DNA of 64,000 nucleotides from an uncultured Flavobacteriaceae bacterium. GTDB lineage: Bacteria > Bacteroidota > Bacteroidia > Flavobacteriales > Flavobacteriaceae. Position 1 is the first letter of the stretch, and every line of letters starts with the position of its first letter. Location: positions 57,705 through 121,704 of the forward strand of contig CAJPUR010000007.1 of assembly GCA_905381055.1 (NCBI GenBank), in the 5' to 3' direction. Under the pieces are notes generated by a model. It had not been told where the DNA came from and did not search any database. It worked only from the letters and a program-made list of their open reading frames with translations. A program made the position numbers and the translations under genes. Below are positions 20,320 through 30,166 of the stretch, piece by piece.

Positions 20320-21369
20320 TTAAATTGGCTCGATTTTGTCATATGCAATAATTAATGAAATAATTTTATTATATGAAATAATCCCATTTTTTTGACCATT
20401 TATTTTAAGAAATATATCATATAATTTTTTTATTGAAGGTTGAAAAAAATTATCATAGGATTTCCAAAATTCATTAGTTTCTTGAAAATCTTTTAAAATG
20501 CCAGGTCTAATATTTTCTTTAATTATTTTTGATTTTTCATAATTAACTTTTTTTAATTGATTAAAAAAAGTTTTGAAAGCAAAAATATTAGCGCTGTATT
20601 TCACGTAATCATTTTTATTTTTAAATGTATTTATAAAAGCAATAAAATTTGCTTCTTGCTCTGACGCAAAACCAAATTGATGACTTATCTCATGTGCAAT
20701 AGTCATTGTCATATTTATTTTAGGAATCAGTGAATTTATTTGGGCTTCATGGGTAAATGGGTTTATATAACCTGAAAATCCCATAAAAGAGAGAGGTTTA
20801 CTAAAAAGAGAGGTTTTGATTTTCGATATTTTGATGTTACTTTGGACATTATTTTTAAAATTTGATTTAATTATTTCAAATAAGGAATCATTACTAATAT
20901 TAATTTTTATTTTTTCATTCTCACTTGCAGATAATTTTTTATGTAATTCGTTTGAGTTTTCTAAAAGTTTTTTTGTTATTTCAAATATTTCATCATCAAT
21001 ATTAACATTACTAGTTGTAAACTTCTCAGATAAAGGTGATCTGTAATAGTTCAATCCCCAAGTAAGATGAAAAAGAAAGAAAAATATTGAAAAATAAAAA
21101 CCAAAATCAGCAAGTAGTTTAAGTATTTTAATTTTTTTCTTAAAGGCTAATAAGAATTTGTAGAATATTAAAAAAAACAGGAGAATATAGAAAATATCTC
21201 CAAATGATAAATTGGCATTGTTAAAAAAAAAAAAATTAAGGTTAGAAATTTTAGGAAATATATAAGAATTATAAAAATTATCTATGAAAAATCTGTTAGA
21301 ATCAAACCATTTTATTAAAAACAATTGTGGAATTAATAATAATACTATTGCTAATTTTAGTCTAAACAT
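20320..21369 (-). CDS. DUF3810 domain-containing membrane protein (HExxH zincin-like)
   Basis: 349 aa with N-terminal TM helices and an IAHEISHQFG (HExxH) motif, as in DUF3810 proteins of Bacteroidota. Confidence 0.7.
   Translation of the reverse strand: MFRLKLAIVLLLIPQLFLIKWFDSNRFFIDNFYNSYIFPKISNLNFFFFNNANLSFGDIFYILLFFLIFYKFLLAFKKKIKILKLLADFGFYFSIFFFLFHLTWGLNYYRSPLSEKFTTSNVNIDDEIFEITKKLLENSNELHKKLSASENEKIKINISNDSLFEIIKSNFKNNVQSNIKISKIKTSLFSKPLSFMGFSGYINPFTHEAQINSLIPKINMTMTIAHEISHQFGFASEQEANFIAFINTFKNKNDYVKYSANIFAFKTFFNQLKKVNYEKSKIIKENIRPGILKDFQETNEFWKSYDNFFQPSIKKLYDIFLKINGQKNGIISYNKIISLIIAYDKIEPI
21223..21235. repeat. 13-nt homopolymer (A13 on +, T13 in the sense strand of the DUF3810 gene)
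   Basis: Counted directly. It encodes N-F-F-F-F within the 20320..21369 CDS. Confidence 0.95.
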
Positions 21370-21379
21370 TTATTATGTG

Positions 21380-22378
21380 TCATTTAAAGCCTAAAAGTTC
21401 TAGATCAAAAATCAATATAGCATTTGGAGGAATAACTCCTCCTGCTCCAGAGTCTCCATAAGCAAGATTTGAAGGTATAATTAGTGTAGCTTTTGAACCC
21501 TTTCTTAGTAATGAAATTCCTTCATCCCAACCAGGAATTACTTGACCAACTCCAAGGGTGAATTCAATTGGTTTGTTTCTTGAATATGAGGAATCAAAAA
21601 CTGTATTATCTAAAAGCATACCCTTGTAATGAACAGACACAAGACTCCCCTTTTTTGGATTATTACCTTTTCCTGTAGTATGAATTTTATAAAATAATCC
21701 ACTATTTGTTTTTTTAAAATTTTTAGTTAACTCTGAAAGTTTTATTTTTTCATTTTCTTTTCTTAGTTTTTCTTGTTCATTTTTTTTGTTATTATATTCT
21801 GAAAAAATTTTATTAGCATCAAAAGAGATTGCAGAGTTACCATTTCTTATTATTGTTACTTTTTTAATTGTATCCATGGATATAATTGAGTCAACTACTT
21901 CCATGCCTTTAATTACTTTACCAAAAACAGTGTGTTTTCCGTCAAGCCAAGGGGTATCTTTGTGAGTTATGAAAAACTGACTGCCATTTGTGCCTGGTCC
22001 AGCATTAGCCATTGACAATATCCCAGGGCCATCATGTTTTAAAGATGTAATTTCATCATCAAATTTATATCCTGGTCCTCCTGTTCCTGTTGCAGTAGGA
22101 TCTCCTCCTTGAATCATAAAATCAGGAATCACTCTATGAAAAACAATTCCATCATAATATTTTTTATTCTTAAACCTGGAATCAACAAAACTATTATTAC
22201 CCTCAGTTAGAGAAACAAAATTTGCAACTGTTATTGGAGTTAATTTTTCTTCTAATTTTAGAATTATAGTCCCTTTATTTGTATCCATTTTAGCAAATAA
22301 ACCATCTCCAAAGGAATTTTTCTCTTCACAACTAATTAAAAAAATGAAAGTGATTGAAGCAATTAAAATTTTTTTCAT
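21380..22378 (-). CDS. dual-domain peptidyl-prolyl isomerase (N-terminal cyclophilin + C-terminal FKBP), lipoprotein
   Basis: Lipobox LISC. Cyclophilin motifs: [36 protein letters not shown] motifs: [39 protein letters not shown] 22378 (MKKILIAS...) is preferred over the track start at 22456. Confidence 0.85.
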   Translation of the reverse strand: MKKILIASITFIFLISCEEKNSFGDGLFAKMDTNKGTIILKLEEKLTPITVANFVSLTEGNNSFVDSRFKNKKYYDGIVFHRVIPDFMIQGGDPTATGTGGPGYKFDDEITSLKHDGPGILSMANAGPGTNGSQFFITHKDTPWLDGKHTVFGKVIKGMEVVDSIISMDTIKKVTIIRNGNSAISFDANKIFSEYNNKKNEQEKLRKENEKIKLSELTKNFKKTNSGLFYKIHTTGKGNNPKKGSLVSVHYKGMLLDNTVFDSSYSRNKPIEFTLGVGQVIPGWDEGISLLRKGSKATLIIPSNLAYGDSGAGGVIPPNAILIFDLELLGFK

Positions 22379-22427
22379 AACTAAAGTAAAAACATAATTT
22401 ACAACTAATTTAAATAAAATTATCACA

Positions 22428-22970
22428 TTATAAGTTAATGTGGTCTGTAATTTCAATGAATATTTTTAGAGGCTGATTTATTCCAATTTTTTCTCCATCA
22501 CCTGAGTAGCCATGGCACATAAAAGACGGAAAAAGAAAATAAGCACTTTCTCCATTTTTAAGTAATTTAATACCTTCTCTTAAGGCTGGAAGAATATCTT
22601 CTTTATCCACATAATATTTAACTATACCTAACGATTTTTTCCCATATAAAACCTTACCATTAATATCTTCTATTTGGTATTTAAAGCTGACTTCATCTCC
22701 TAGTTTAGGTAGTTCTCTATTACTAATATTAGAAATTTTTTTTTCATAGCTATACCAAAATCCCTTTTTAGAATTAATGAATTCTTTTTTACTTTTTATT
22801 ATGATATTTTTAAAAATAGATTCTTGATTTTTTGTAATTGTTTTATTTCTTTCAATTGAGGTTTTTATAAATGAGATCGAGTTTTTATTAATTGGTTTCC
22901 TTGCTTCATTTTCACTACAACTTCCAATTAAAACAATAAAATATATTATAGTATAAAGTTTTAATTTCAT
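22428..22970 (-). CDS. gldI: FKBP-type peptidyl-prolyl isomerase lipoprotein, GldI-like
   Basis: 180 aa with lipobox LIGSC. C-terminal FKBP-like fold pattern ([13 protein letters not shown] ... [28 protein letters not shown]). Size and position next to another PPIase and nrnA match flavobacterial gldI as I recall it. Confidence 0.6.
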   Translation of the reverse strand: MKLKLYTIIYFIVLIGSCSENEARKPINKNSISFIKTSIERNKTITKNQESIFKNIIIKSKKEFINSKKGFWYSYEKKISNISNRELPKLGDEVSFKYQIEDINGKVLYGKKSLGIVKYYVDKEDILPALREGIKLLKNGESAYFLFPSFMCHGYSGDGEKIGINQPLKIFIEITDHINL

Positions 22971-23977
22971 TTTAGCTTATTACTATTTTTGTTTAAAACA
23001 TAAATTAGATATTTTATGGTATCGTTCATACTTCTAGGTGATGCTCCACCTGATGCATTGGTATGTCCACCTCCATTAAAATAATCTTTTGCTAGGACAT
23101 TAACATTAAAATCACCTTTTGATCTGAAAGACATTTTAATAATTTTCTCTTTGGAGTTTTCAATCAATATTATGGACAACTTTATTCCTTTAATGCTAAG
23201 GCCATAATTAACAAAACCTTCGGTATCTCCTTTTTTAAAATTATTTTTTTTTAGCTCTTTGTTTGTGAGTGTTATATAAACTGTATTTAAATGATCTAAT
23301 ATTTTTAAATTAGAAAGAGCTATTGACAAAAGAGATATTCTACTTTTTTTAAAATTATCATATATATTTTGATGAATTTCAGTGTGGTTTATTCCTGTTT
23401 CAAGTAATCTTGATACAATTAAATGAGTTCTTGACGAAGTTGAGGGGTATTTAAATGAACCTGTATCAGTTAAAATGCCAGTGTATAAGCATGATGCAAT
23501 TTCACTATCTAGTTCCTGAATTTTTATTTTTTCAATAACATTATATGTCATCTCACATGTTGAAGCTATTTTTGGATCTGAGTAAGTTAATTGAGAAAAA
23601 TCATCAGGGTTTTCATGATGATCAATCATTACAATAATTGATTTTGTTTTTTTAATCAGATCACCAATTATTTCAACTCTTTTGAGAGAATTGAAATCTA
23701 AAGTAAAAATAATATCAGACTCCTTAATTAATTTTTCACAAAAAATTTTATTTGAAGAAAATTTTAAAACTTTACTGATTCCAGGCATCCAATCCAAAAA
23801 ATCTGGGTAATCATTAGGGCTAATTATATTACAATTATGACCAAATTTTTTTAAAAAAAGTTTTAACGCTAAACAACTACCCATTGCATCACCATCTGGA
23901 TTTTTATGTGGGAGAATTGTAATGTTTTTTTTATTTTCAAGTAATTTTTTAAGATTAGTTATGAAACTTTTCCTCAT
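22967..23977 (-). CDS. nrnA: DHH family phosphoesterase (NrnA-like oligoribonuclease/pAp phosphatase)
   Basis: DHH motifs HKNPDGDAMGS and IDHHENP, and DHHA1 GGGH near the C-terminus. ATG 23977 is preferred over TTG 23986. Confidence 0.8.
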   Translation of the reverse strand: MRKSFITNLKKLLENKKNITILPHKNPDGDAMGSCLALKLFLKKFGHNCNIISPNDYPDFLDWMPGISKVLKFSSNKIFCEKLIKESDIIFTLDFNSLKRVEIIGDLIKKTKSIIVMIDHHENPDDFSQLTYSDPKIASTCEMTYNVIEKIKIQELDSEIASCLYTGILTDTGSFKYPSTSSRTHLIVSRLLETGINHTEIHQNIYDNFKKSRISLLSIALSNLKILDHLNTVYITLTNKELKKNNFKKGDTEGFVNYGLSIKGIKLSIILIENSKEKIIKMSFRSKGDFNVNVLAKDYFNGGGHTNASGGASPRSMNDTIKYLIYVLNKNSNKLK

Positions 23978-24066
23978 TTTTGTCAATTATAATCAAGCAA
24001 AGTTAATTAGATTTTAATTATATATGTATATTGAAAAAAAAACAATAAAAAATTTTAAAATTTTTG

Positions 24067-24495
24067 ATGAAAAATAATTTTACATTTACAATGATTAAAC
24101 CTGACGCTATTGAAGATGGATATATGGGATTAATTATAGATAAAATTATTAATTCTGGATTTAGGTTTAAATTTTTAAAAATGACAACTTTATCTATAGA
24201 TGATGCTAAAAAATTTTATCAAATTCATAAAGAGCGACCATTTTTCAATGAATTAGTAAGTTTTATTACTAGGGGTCCAATATTAGTCGCTGTAATTGAA
24301 AAGAAAAATGCCGTTAATGAATTCAGAAAATTAATTGGCTCCACAAACCCATTAAATGCTGATAAAGGAACAATAAGAAAATTATATGCTAAGTCATTAG
24401 GAGAAAACGCTATTCATGGAAGTGATAGTGACGATAATGCAATAGTTGAAAGTAAGTTTCACTTTGGTGATTCAGATTTTTTCAACGGATTATAA
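24067..24495 (+). CDS. ndk: nucleoside-diphosphate kinase
   Basis: Motifs [16 protein letters not shown] and NAIHGSDS (catalytic His). ATG at 24067. Confidence 0.9.
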   Translation: MKNNFTFTMIKPDAIEDGYMGLIIDKIINSGFRFKFLKMTTLSIDDAKKFYQIHKERPFFNELVSFITRGPILVAVIEKKNAVNEFRKLIGSTNPLNADKGTIRKLYAKSLGENAIHGSDSDDNAIVESKFHFGDSDFFNGL

Positions 24496-24790
24496 TTTTT
24501 TTTATAATTTCTTCACCCAATTCTTTTTTAAGAATTTTTAAGATTTTTTTTTTCTCATAATTCATTTCTTCTTTTAAGGCTGCAGATGATAAATTGATAA
24601 TAAGGTTTGAGTTTTTTAATTTTATTTTTAAGGTATATTTATTAATATTTAGACCAAAAATTTTTTCCCATGCTTTTTTTACTTTAATTTCATTTAAACC
24701 ATTTTTAAGGTTACCTTTTTCAATAAATAAATCTAATATTTTATTTATTTTTTTTGGTTCATTTATTTTTTTTTCTTTGTTATGTTCCAT
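24482..24790 (-). CDS. DUF721 domain-containing protein
   Basis: 102 aa. The pattern KAWEKIFG......[22 protein letters not shown] matches DUF721. It sits in the conserved position immediately downstream of recF. Confidence 0.7.
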   Translation of the reverse strand: MEHNKEKKINEPKKINKILDLFIEKGNLKNGLNEIKVKKAWEKIFGLNINKYTLKIKLKNSNLIINLSSAALKEEMNYEKKKILKILKKELGEEIIKKIIIR

Positions 24791-24799
24791 AAAATAATT

Positions 24800-25891
24800 T
24801 CATTCTAATGTGGGTAAATTAAAAATTTTATATGATAAGTTTGTGGTTTTGATAGCCGAAACTGTTCTTTCATAATGAGTATCTGAAATAAAAATCTGTC
24901 CAAAATTATTTTTTTCTATTAGTTGTATAATTAGCTCCACCCTCTTTTGATCTAATTTATCAAATATATCATCAAGTAATAATATTGGAGATACTTTAGT
25001 TTTATTTTTAATAAACTCAAATTGAGCCATTTTTAATGCTATTAAAAAGGATTTTTGTTGGCCTTGGCTTCCAAATCTTTTAATCGAATTATCATTGATT
25101 TTAAAAAAAAGTTCGTCTTTATGAATACCTGAGTTAGTGTATTGTGTTTTTTTATCTTTTTCTAAATTACTAGACAATATTTTAGAGAATGATTCTGATT
25201 TTAGTGAACTATCATAATTTATAGACACATTTTCACTTGAATTACTTATCCTTTTGTATTTATTATTAAAAATGGGAGTAAAAATTTCAAGAAATTTTTT
25301 TCTTTCTTCAAATATTGGATTACCAAGAATTTCCAGTTGGTGATTATATGTTAACAGGGCTTCTAAATTAAATTTTTTGTTAATGTAAAAATACTTTAAT
25401 AATGCATTTCTTTGAATTAGGATTTTGTTGTAATTAAGTAGTGAATTTAAATAATTTTTATTTATTTGACTTATTATTCCATCAATAAATCTTCTTCTGA
25501 AATCACTTCCCTCATAAATTAAATCCCTATCTAGTGGAGAGATGATTACAAGTGGCAAAAATCCAATATGGTCTGAGATTTTATTATATTTTTTGCTATT
25601 TTTTTTAATTACTTTTTTAGTTCCTTTTTTAATACTACAATTAATTTTGAATTTCTTTTGATTTTTTTCAAATATTCCTTCTATCACAAAAAAATTTTTA
25701 CCAAATTGAATGTTTTGAGAAGAATTTTTATTAAAATAACCTTTCCCAAAACATAGATGATATATAGAATCTAAAACGTTTGATTTTCCAACTCCATTTC
25801 TACCGATTAAACAATTAATTTTTTCGTTGAAATTGAATTTCTCAGCACCCAAGTTCTTGTAGTTTGTAATATATAAAGACGATATTTTCAT
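24800..25891 (-). CDS. recF: DNA replication/repair protein RecF
   Basis: Walker A GRNGVGKSN, SMC-like signature GSQGQQKS, Walker B LLLDDIFDKLD. ATG 25891 (MKISSLYITNYKN) is preferred. Confidence 0.9.
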   Translation of the reverse strand: MKISSLYITNYKNLGAEKFNFNEKINCLIGRNGVGKSNVLDSIYHLCFGKGYFNKNSSQNIQFGKNFFVIEGIFEKNQKKFKINCSIKKGTKKVIKKNSKKYNKISDHIGFLPLVIISPLDRDLIYEGSDFRRRFIDGIISQINKNYLNSLLNYNKILIQRNALLKYFYINKKFNLEALLTYNHQLEILGNPIFEERKKFLEIFTPIFNNKYKRISNSSENVSINYDSSLKSESFSKILSSNLEKDKKTQYTNSGIHKDELFFKINDNSIKRFGSQGQQKSFLIALKMAQFEFIKNKTKVSPILLLDDIFDKLDQKRVELIIQLIEKNNFGQIFISDTHYERTVSAIKTTNLSYKIFNLPTLE

Positions 25892-25930
25892 TATTGTAAA
25901 TATAAACAAGTTAGTTATCAATATTTTAGA

Positions 25931-25943
25931 TTTTTTTTTTTTT
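25931..25943. repeat. 13-nt T homopolymer in the recF / TPR divergent intergenic region
   Basis: Counted directly. It lies between the recF ATG (25891) and the TPR gene ATG (26010). Confidence 0.9.
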
Positions 25944-26009
25944 AAAATCCTAATTAATTATTTAAGAATATTTTAAATAAAAAGATTATTTTTGAATAAA
26001 AATTATTTA

Positions 26010-26786
26010 ATGTCTACCTACAAGAAACGTGGTTCCAAAAAATCAAAAATTTTTTCTGATAAGGAAGATTCTATAAAATCAAGTGCAACTGCCGAAGTAT
26101 TTGAGAGCTTAGATACTGGGGCTTCTAAGGCAGAAAATCTTGTAGCAAAGTATCAAAATTATATAATTCTTTTTATTAGTTTAGTTACTATTTCAGCTCT
26201 TGGATACCTTGGATATGTTAGTTATATATTTGAACCTTCTAAAAATGAAGCCAATAGTGAACTTAATCAGTCTCAATATTATTTTAATTTAGCTTTAAAC
26301 GAATTAGATTCTCCTGCTGTTTCTGATTCCCTTTTTTTGATTGCACTTGAGGGGGGAGAGGGTAGATACGGATTTTTAGATATTATTTCAAATTATTCTG
26401 GAACTCCTGCTGCTGAGATCGCTGAATATAGTGCAGGAATGATTTACATTAAACTAAAAAAATATGAAGAAGCAATAAGTTATCTTGAAAAATTTGACTC
26501 AAATGATGTTTTATTATCCAGCATTGCCTTTGGTTCAATTGCAGATTCATATTTAAATTTAAATAAGCCTAAAATTTCTTTAGAATATTATGAAAAGGCA
26601 TTATCCTTAAATTCAAATAGTTTTTCTACCCCAAAATATCTTTTTAAAGCTGCTGTAATTTCAAATTCACTAAATTTAAATCAAAAAGCTCTAACTTATT
26701 TCAAGAGGATTGTTAACGAATTTCCAGATTCAAGTAATAAAAGTCTTGCTGACATTCAAATAGGGAGGATTGAAAATTACAAATAG
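26010..26786 (+). CDS. tetratricopeptide repeat protein with N-terminal membrane anchor (YfgM-like architecture)
   Basis: One TM helix (YIILFISLVTISALGYLGYV) followed by TPR-like helices. ATG at 26010. Confidence 0.6.
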   Translation: MSTYKKRGSKKSKIFSDKEDSIKSSATAEVFESLDTGASKAENLVAKYQNYIILFISLVTISALGYLGYVSYIFEPSKNEANSELNQSQYYFNLALNELDSPAVSDSLFLIALEGGEGRYGFLDIISNYSGTPAAEIAEYSAGMIYIKLKKYEEAISYLEKFDSNDVLLSSIAFGSIADSYLNLNKPKISLEYYEKALSLNSNSFSTPKYLFKAAVISNSLNLNQKALTYFKRIVNEFPDSSNKSLADIQIGRIENYK

Positions 26787-27269
26787 ATGTCTTCTTCTGA
26801 AAAAAATCTCTCAAATTATAATATTGATTCAGTTCCTTCTGGTAAAAGTTACAAAATTGCGATAATTATTTCCGAATGGAATTTTGAAATAACTTATCGT
26901 TTGTATAAAGGTATAATCAAAACCTTAACCAAGTTTGGAGTCAAAAAAGAAAACATTCACAAAATTGAAGTTCCAGGAAGTTTTGAATTAATTTTTGGCT
27001 GTAAAATTGCCCAAAACAAAAACATCTATAATGCAATAATTGCTGTAGGCTGTGTTGTTAAGGGAGAGACGATGCATTTTGACTTTATTTGTAGTTCAGT
27101 TTCAAATGGAATCAAAGATCTTAACCTAAATGGAAAATCTCCAATTATATTTTGTGTATTAACTGATAATAATATTCATCAGTCTATGGAAAGGAGTGGG
27201 GGATCTCGAGGGAATAAAGGAGTTGAGGCTGCCATAGCTGCTTTAAAAATGGCAAAGTTAAATTCGTAA
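26787..27269 (+). CDS. ribH: 6,7-dimethyl-8-ribityllumazine synthase
   Basis: 160 aa with motifs IIISEWNFEIT, VPGSFELIFG and HFDFI typical of RibH. Confidence 0.9.
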   Translation: MSSSEKNLSNYNIDSVPSGKSYKIAIIISEWNFEITYRLYKGIIKTLTKFGVKKENIHKIEVPGSFELIFGCKIAQNKNIYNAIIAVGCVVKGETMHFDFICSSVSNGIKDLNLNGKSPIIFCVLTDNNIHQSMERSGGSRGNKGVEAAIAALKMAKLNS

Positions 27270-27335
27270 TTTTTTCTTACTAATTAAGGTAAATAGGTGT
27301 TATATTTGAGTTTAATAACTATTAAATTTTATTAA

Positions 27336-27632
27336 TTGAAAATATTTAATTTTAATCCTTCAAAAAATAAACAAAATAAAAGATTTAATTATACTCCGAG
27401 ATACTACAATGGAAAATCAATTAATAATAAGTTTGAGGTTGATTCAAAAATAAATAAGTTTCGAGATACTTTTAATAAAAACGATTTTTCAAATAGTTGG
27501 AATAATATTAGAATTGAAAAAAGGACAAGAAAAAATTTCTCAAATTCTCCATTATTAATGATTATTTTTTTTATTCTTCTTCTAATATTTTTTTTTATAA
27601 TTGATTTTGATTTTTCTATTTTTTATCTATGA
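27336..27632 (+). CDS. small hypothetical membrane protein
   Basis: 98 aa with a TTG start and no alternative ATG. An N-terminal FNYTPRYYNGK motif plus a single C-terminal TM helix resembles a small protein I recall in this position in other Flavobacteriia. Weak support. Confidence 0.45.
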   Translation: MKIFNFNPSKNKQNKRFNYTPRYYNGKSINNKFEVDSKINKFRDTFNKNDFSNSWNNIRIEKRTRKNFSNSPLLMIIFFILLLIFFFIIDFDFSIFYL

Positions 27633-27638
27633 ATTTAA

Positions 27639-29429
27639 ATGGCTGATATAATTAATTTATTACCGGAAAATGTGGCTAATCAAATAGCTGCAGGTGAAGT
27701 TGTTCAAAGACCATCTTCAGTGATAAAAGAACTTTTGGAAAATTCAATTGATGCTGGGGCGACCAAAATAGATATTATCATAGAAAAAGGGGGTAAAAAA
27801 AACATCAAAGTAATTGACAATGGTATGGGAATGTCAGTAAAAGATTCTAAAATGGCATTTGAAAGACATGCTACTTCAAAAATTAAAAATGCAGATGAAC
27901 TTTTTTCAATTCAAACAAATGGATTTAGAGGTGAGGCCCTTTCATCAATTTGTGCGGTTTCTCAAGTTGAACTTATTTCAAAGACTGATTCTTTTGATTT
28001 TGGAACAAAACTTAACTTAGAAGCTAATAAGTTGAAAAAAGAAAAAACTATAGTTGCTCCCAATGGAACATCCATATCAATTAAAAATTTATTTTTTAAC
28101 ATTCCTGCCAGAAGAAATTTTTTAAAATCCGATTCAGTTGAATTAAAATATATTGTAAATGAATTTTATAGAATAGCAATTTCATATCCTAATGTGTCTT
28201 TTAAGTTTACTAATAATTCATCTGAAATATTTAATTTACCATCTTCAAATTTAAGGAAACGAATTGTATCAATATTTGGTCAAAAAATTGACGAAAAATT
28301 AGTACCCGTTGAAGAAAAAACCAATATTGTTGAGATTTATGGATTCATATTAAAACCTGATTTTTCAAAAAAAACAAAAGGAAATCAATTTTTTTATGTA
28401 AATAATAGATACATTAAAAGTTCTTTTTTACATCATTCAGTATCATCCTCATATGATGGCTTAATAAAAGAAAATTATAAGCCAGGGTATTTTTTATTTT
28501 TTAAAGTTAAGCCTGAAACTATTGATATTAATATTCATCCCACAAAAACTGAAATAAAATTTGATAATGAGCAAATTCTTTACTCAATATTAAAATCATG
28601 TATTAAACATAGCCTTGGTATGTTTAATATATCTCCGACAATAGATTTTACTAACAACAATAATTTATACAACCCTAATTACAATAAAAAGGATCTGAGA
28701 AATTTAAATGTAGATATTGAAGTTGATTCTGGATTTAATCCATTTAAAACTAATGATACTAAATTAAAAAACAATATAGAAAACAGTAATCATTTTGTAG
28801 AATACGAATCAAAACCAATTCAGGATTTAACTCAAACTATTTTTGAAATTGACAAATTAAAAAGCTCTATCAAATTATTTCAATTCATGAATAAGTATAT
28901 TATTAGCAGTGTTAAATCAGGTATTATAATTATTCATCAAAATAGAGCACATCAAAGGGTTTTATATGAACGTTTTTTAAAAAATATAACTCAATCTAAA
29001 GTTCAAATTCAAAAACTTAGTTTTCCTATAGCTATTAATTTATCTAGTGAAATGAGGATGATTTACATTAAATATGAGGAAGAGATTAAAGCTTCAGGGT
29101 TTTTAATAAATAAACAAAAAAAAGAATCTCTTGAAATTGTTGGAATTCCAATTTATTGTAAAGAAGAAAATGTGGAAGAATTATTAGAAGACATATTGGA
29201 ATCTATACAAGCTAAAATTTTTAATAAAAATTTTAGCCAATCTGATATATTAGCTAAAATTTTAGCAAAAAAACTTGCCATTAAAACCAATTTCCCTTTG
29301 AAAATTGAAGAACAAGAAAAACTATTAGATGATTTATTTGCATGTAAAGAAATTTTACTTTCACCATTTGAAAAAAAAATATTTTTTAATCTTTCTTTAA
29401 AAGAAGTGGAAAAAAAATTTAATTTATGA
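27639..29429 (+). CDS. mutL: DNA mismatch repair protein MutL
   Basis: GHKL ATPase motifs IAAGEVVQRPSSVIKELLENSIDAGA, DNGMGM and GFRGEALSSI. 596 aa. Confidence 0.9.
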   Translation: MADIINLLPENVANQIAAGEVVQRPSSVIKELLENSIDAGATKIDIIIEKGGKKNIKVIDNGMGMSVKDSKMAFERHATSKIKNADELFSIQTNGFRGEALSSICAVSQVELISKTDSFDFGTKLNLEANKLKKEKTIVAPNGTSISIKNLFFNIPARRNFLKSDSVELKYIVNEFYRIAISYPNVSFKFTNNSSEIFNLPSSNLRKRIVSIFGQKIDEKLVPVEEKTNIVEIYGFILKPDFSKKTKGNQFFYVNNRYIKSSFLHHSVSSSYDGLIKENYKPGYFLFFKVKPETIDINIHPTKTEIKFDNEQILYSILKSCIKHSLGMFNISPTIDFTNNNNLYNPNYNKKDLRNLNVDIEVDSGFNPFKTNDTKLKNNIENSNHFVEYESKPIQDLTQTIFEIDKLKSSIKLFQFMNKYIISSVKSGIIIIHQNRAHQRVLYERFLKNITQSKVQIQKLSFPIAINLSSEMRMIYIKYEEEIKASGFLINKQKKESLEIVGIPIYCKEENVEELLEDILESIQAKIFNKNFSQSDILAKILAKKLAIKTNFPLKIEEQEKLLDDLFACKEILLSPFEKKIFFNLSLKEVEKKFNL

Positions 29430-30166
29430 ATAGTATTTCAGATTCAGTTAAACATTTAATAATAATTAATGCTATATTTTTTTTAGCAACTTTAATCTTT
29501 GGAGAAATAATTTATAATTTATTTTCACTCCATTATTTTGAAAATCCAAGATTTGAAATTTGGCAACCTCTTACCCACATGTTTATGCATGGTAATTTAA
29601 ATCATATTTTATTTAACATGTTTGGTTTATGGATGTTTGGATCTCCTCTTGAAAAAATGTGGGGTAGAAATAAGTTTATTTATTTTTATCTTTCTGCTGG
29701 ATTTGGAGCTGCTTTAGTTCAAATGCTCGTTTATTATTACCAATTTAATTCTGTTTCATCCGAAATTTATCAATTAGGTTATGGCTTTAATACTATTGAT
29801 AAGCTTTTGAATGAAGGCCTTTACGATTCTAGAATTTTAAATCAAATAAATGAAAGTAGCCTTATTTCTCTTGTTCAATCTTATAATTCTTCAATGGTAG
29901 GAGCCTCTGGTGCTCTTTATGGTATCTTAGTTGCTTTTGCTATTATTTTCCCTAATTCCGAATTATTTATTTTATTTATTCCGTTTCCAATAAAGGCTAA
30001 ATATTTAGTTCCAATATTAATTTTTGGAGACTTATTCTTTGGATTTAGTTCATATTCTGTTGGTCCAATTGCACATTTTGCTCATTTAGGAGGAGCTTTA
30101 ACAGGTTTTTTATTGATGTGGTATTGGCAAAAAAATCAATTTAATAAAAACAGGTGGGATTTATGA
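29426..30166 (+). CDS. rhomboid family intramembrane serine protease
   Basis: Motifs HMFMHGNLNHILFNM, catalytic GASGALYG and AHLGGALTG. ATGA overlap with mutL. Confidence 0.85.
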   Translation: MNSISDSVKHLIIINAIFFLATLIFGEIIYNLFSLHYFENPRFEIWQPLTHMFMHGNLNHILFNMFGLWMFGSPLEKMWGRNKFIYFYLSAGFGAALVQMLVYYYQFNSVSSEIYQLGYGFNTIDKLLNEGLYDSRILNQINESSLISLVQSYNSSMVGASGALYGILVAFAIIFPNSELFILFIPFPIKAKYLVPILIFGDLFFGFSSYSVGPIAHFAHLGGALTGFLLMWYWQKNQFNKNRWDL

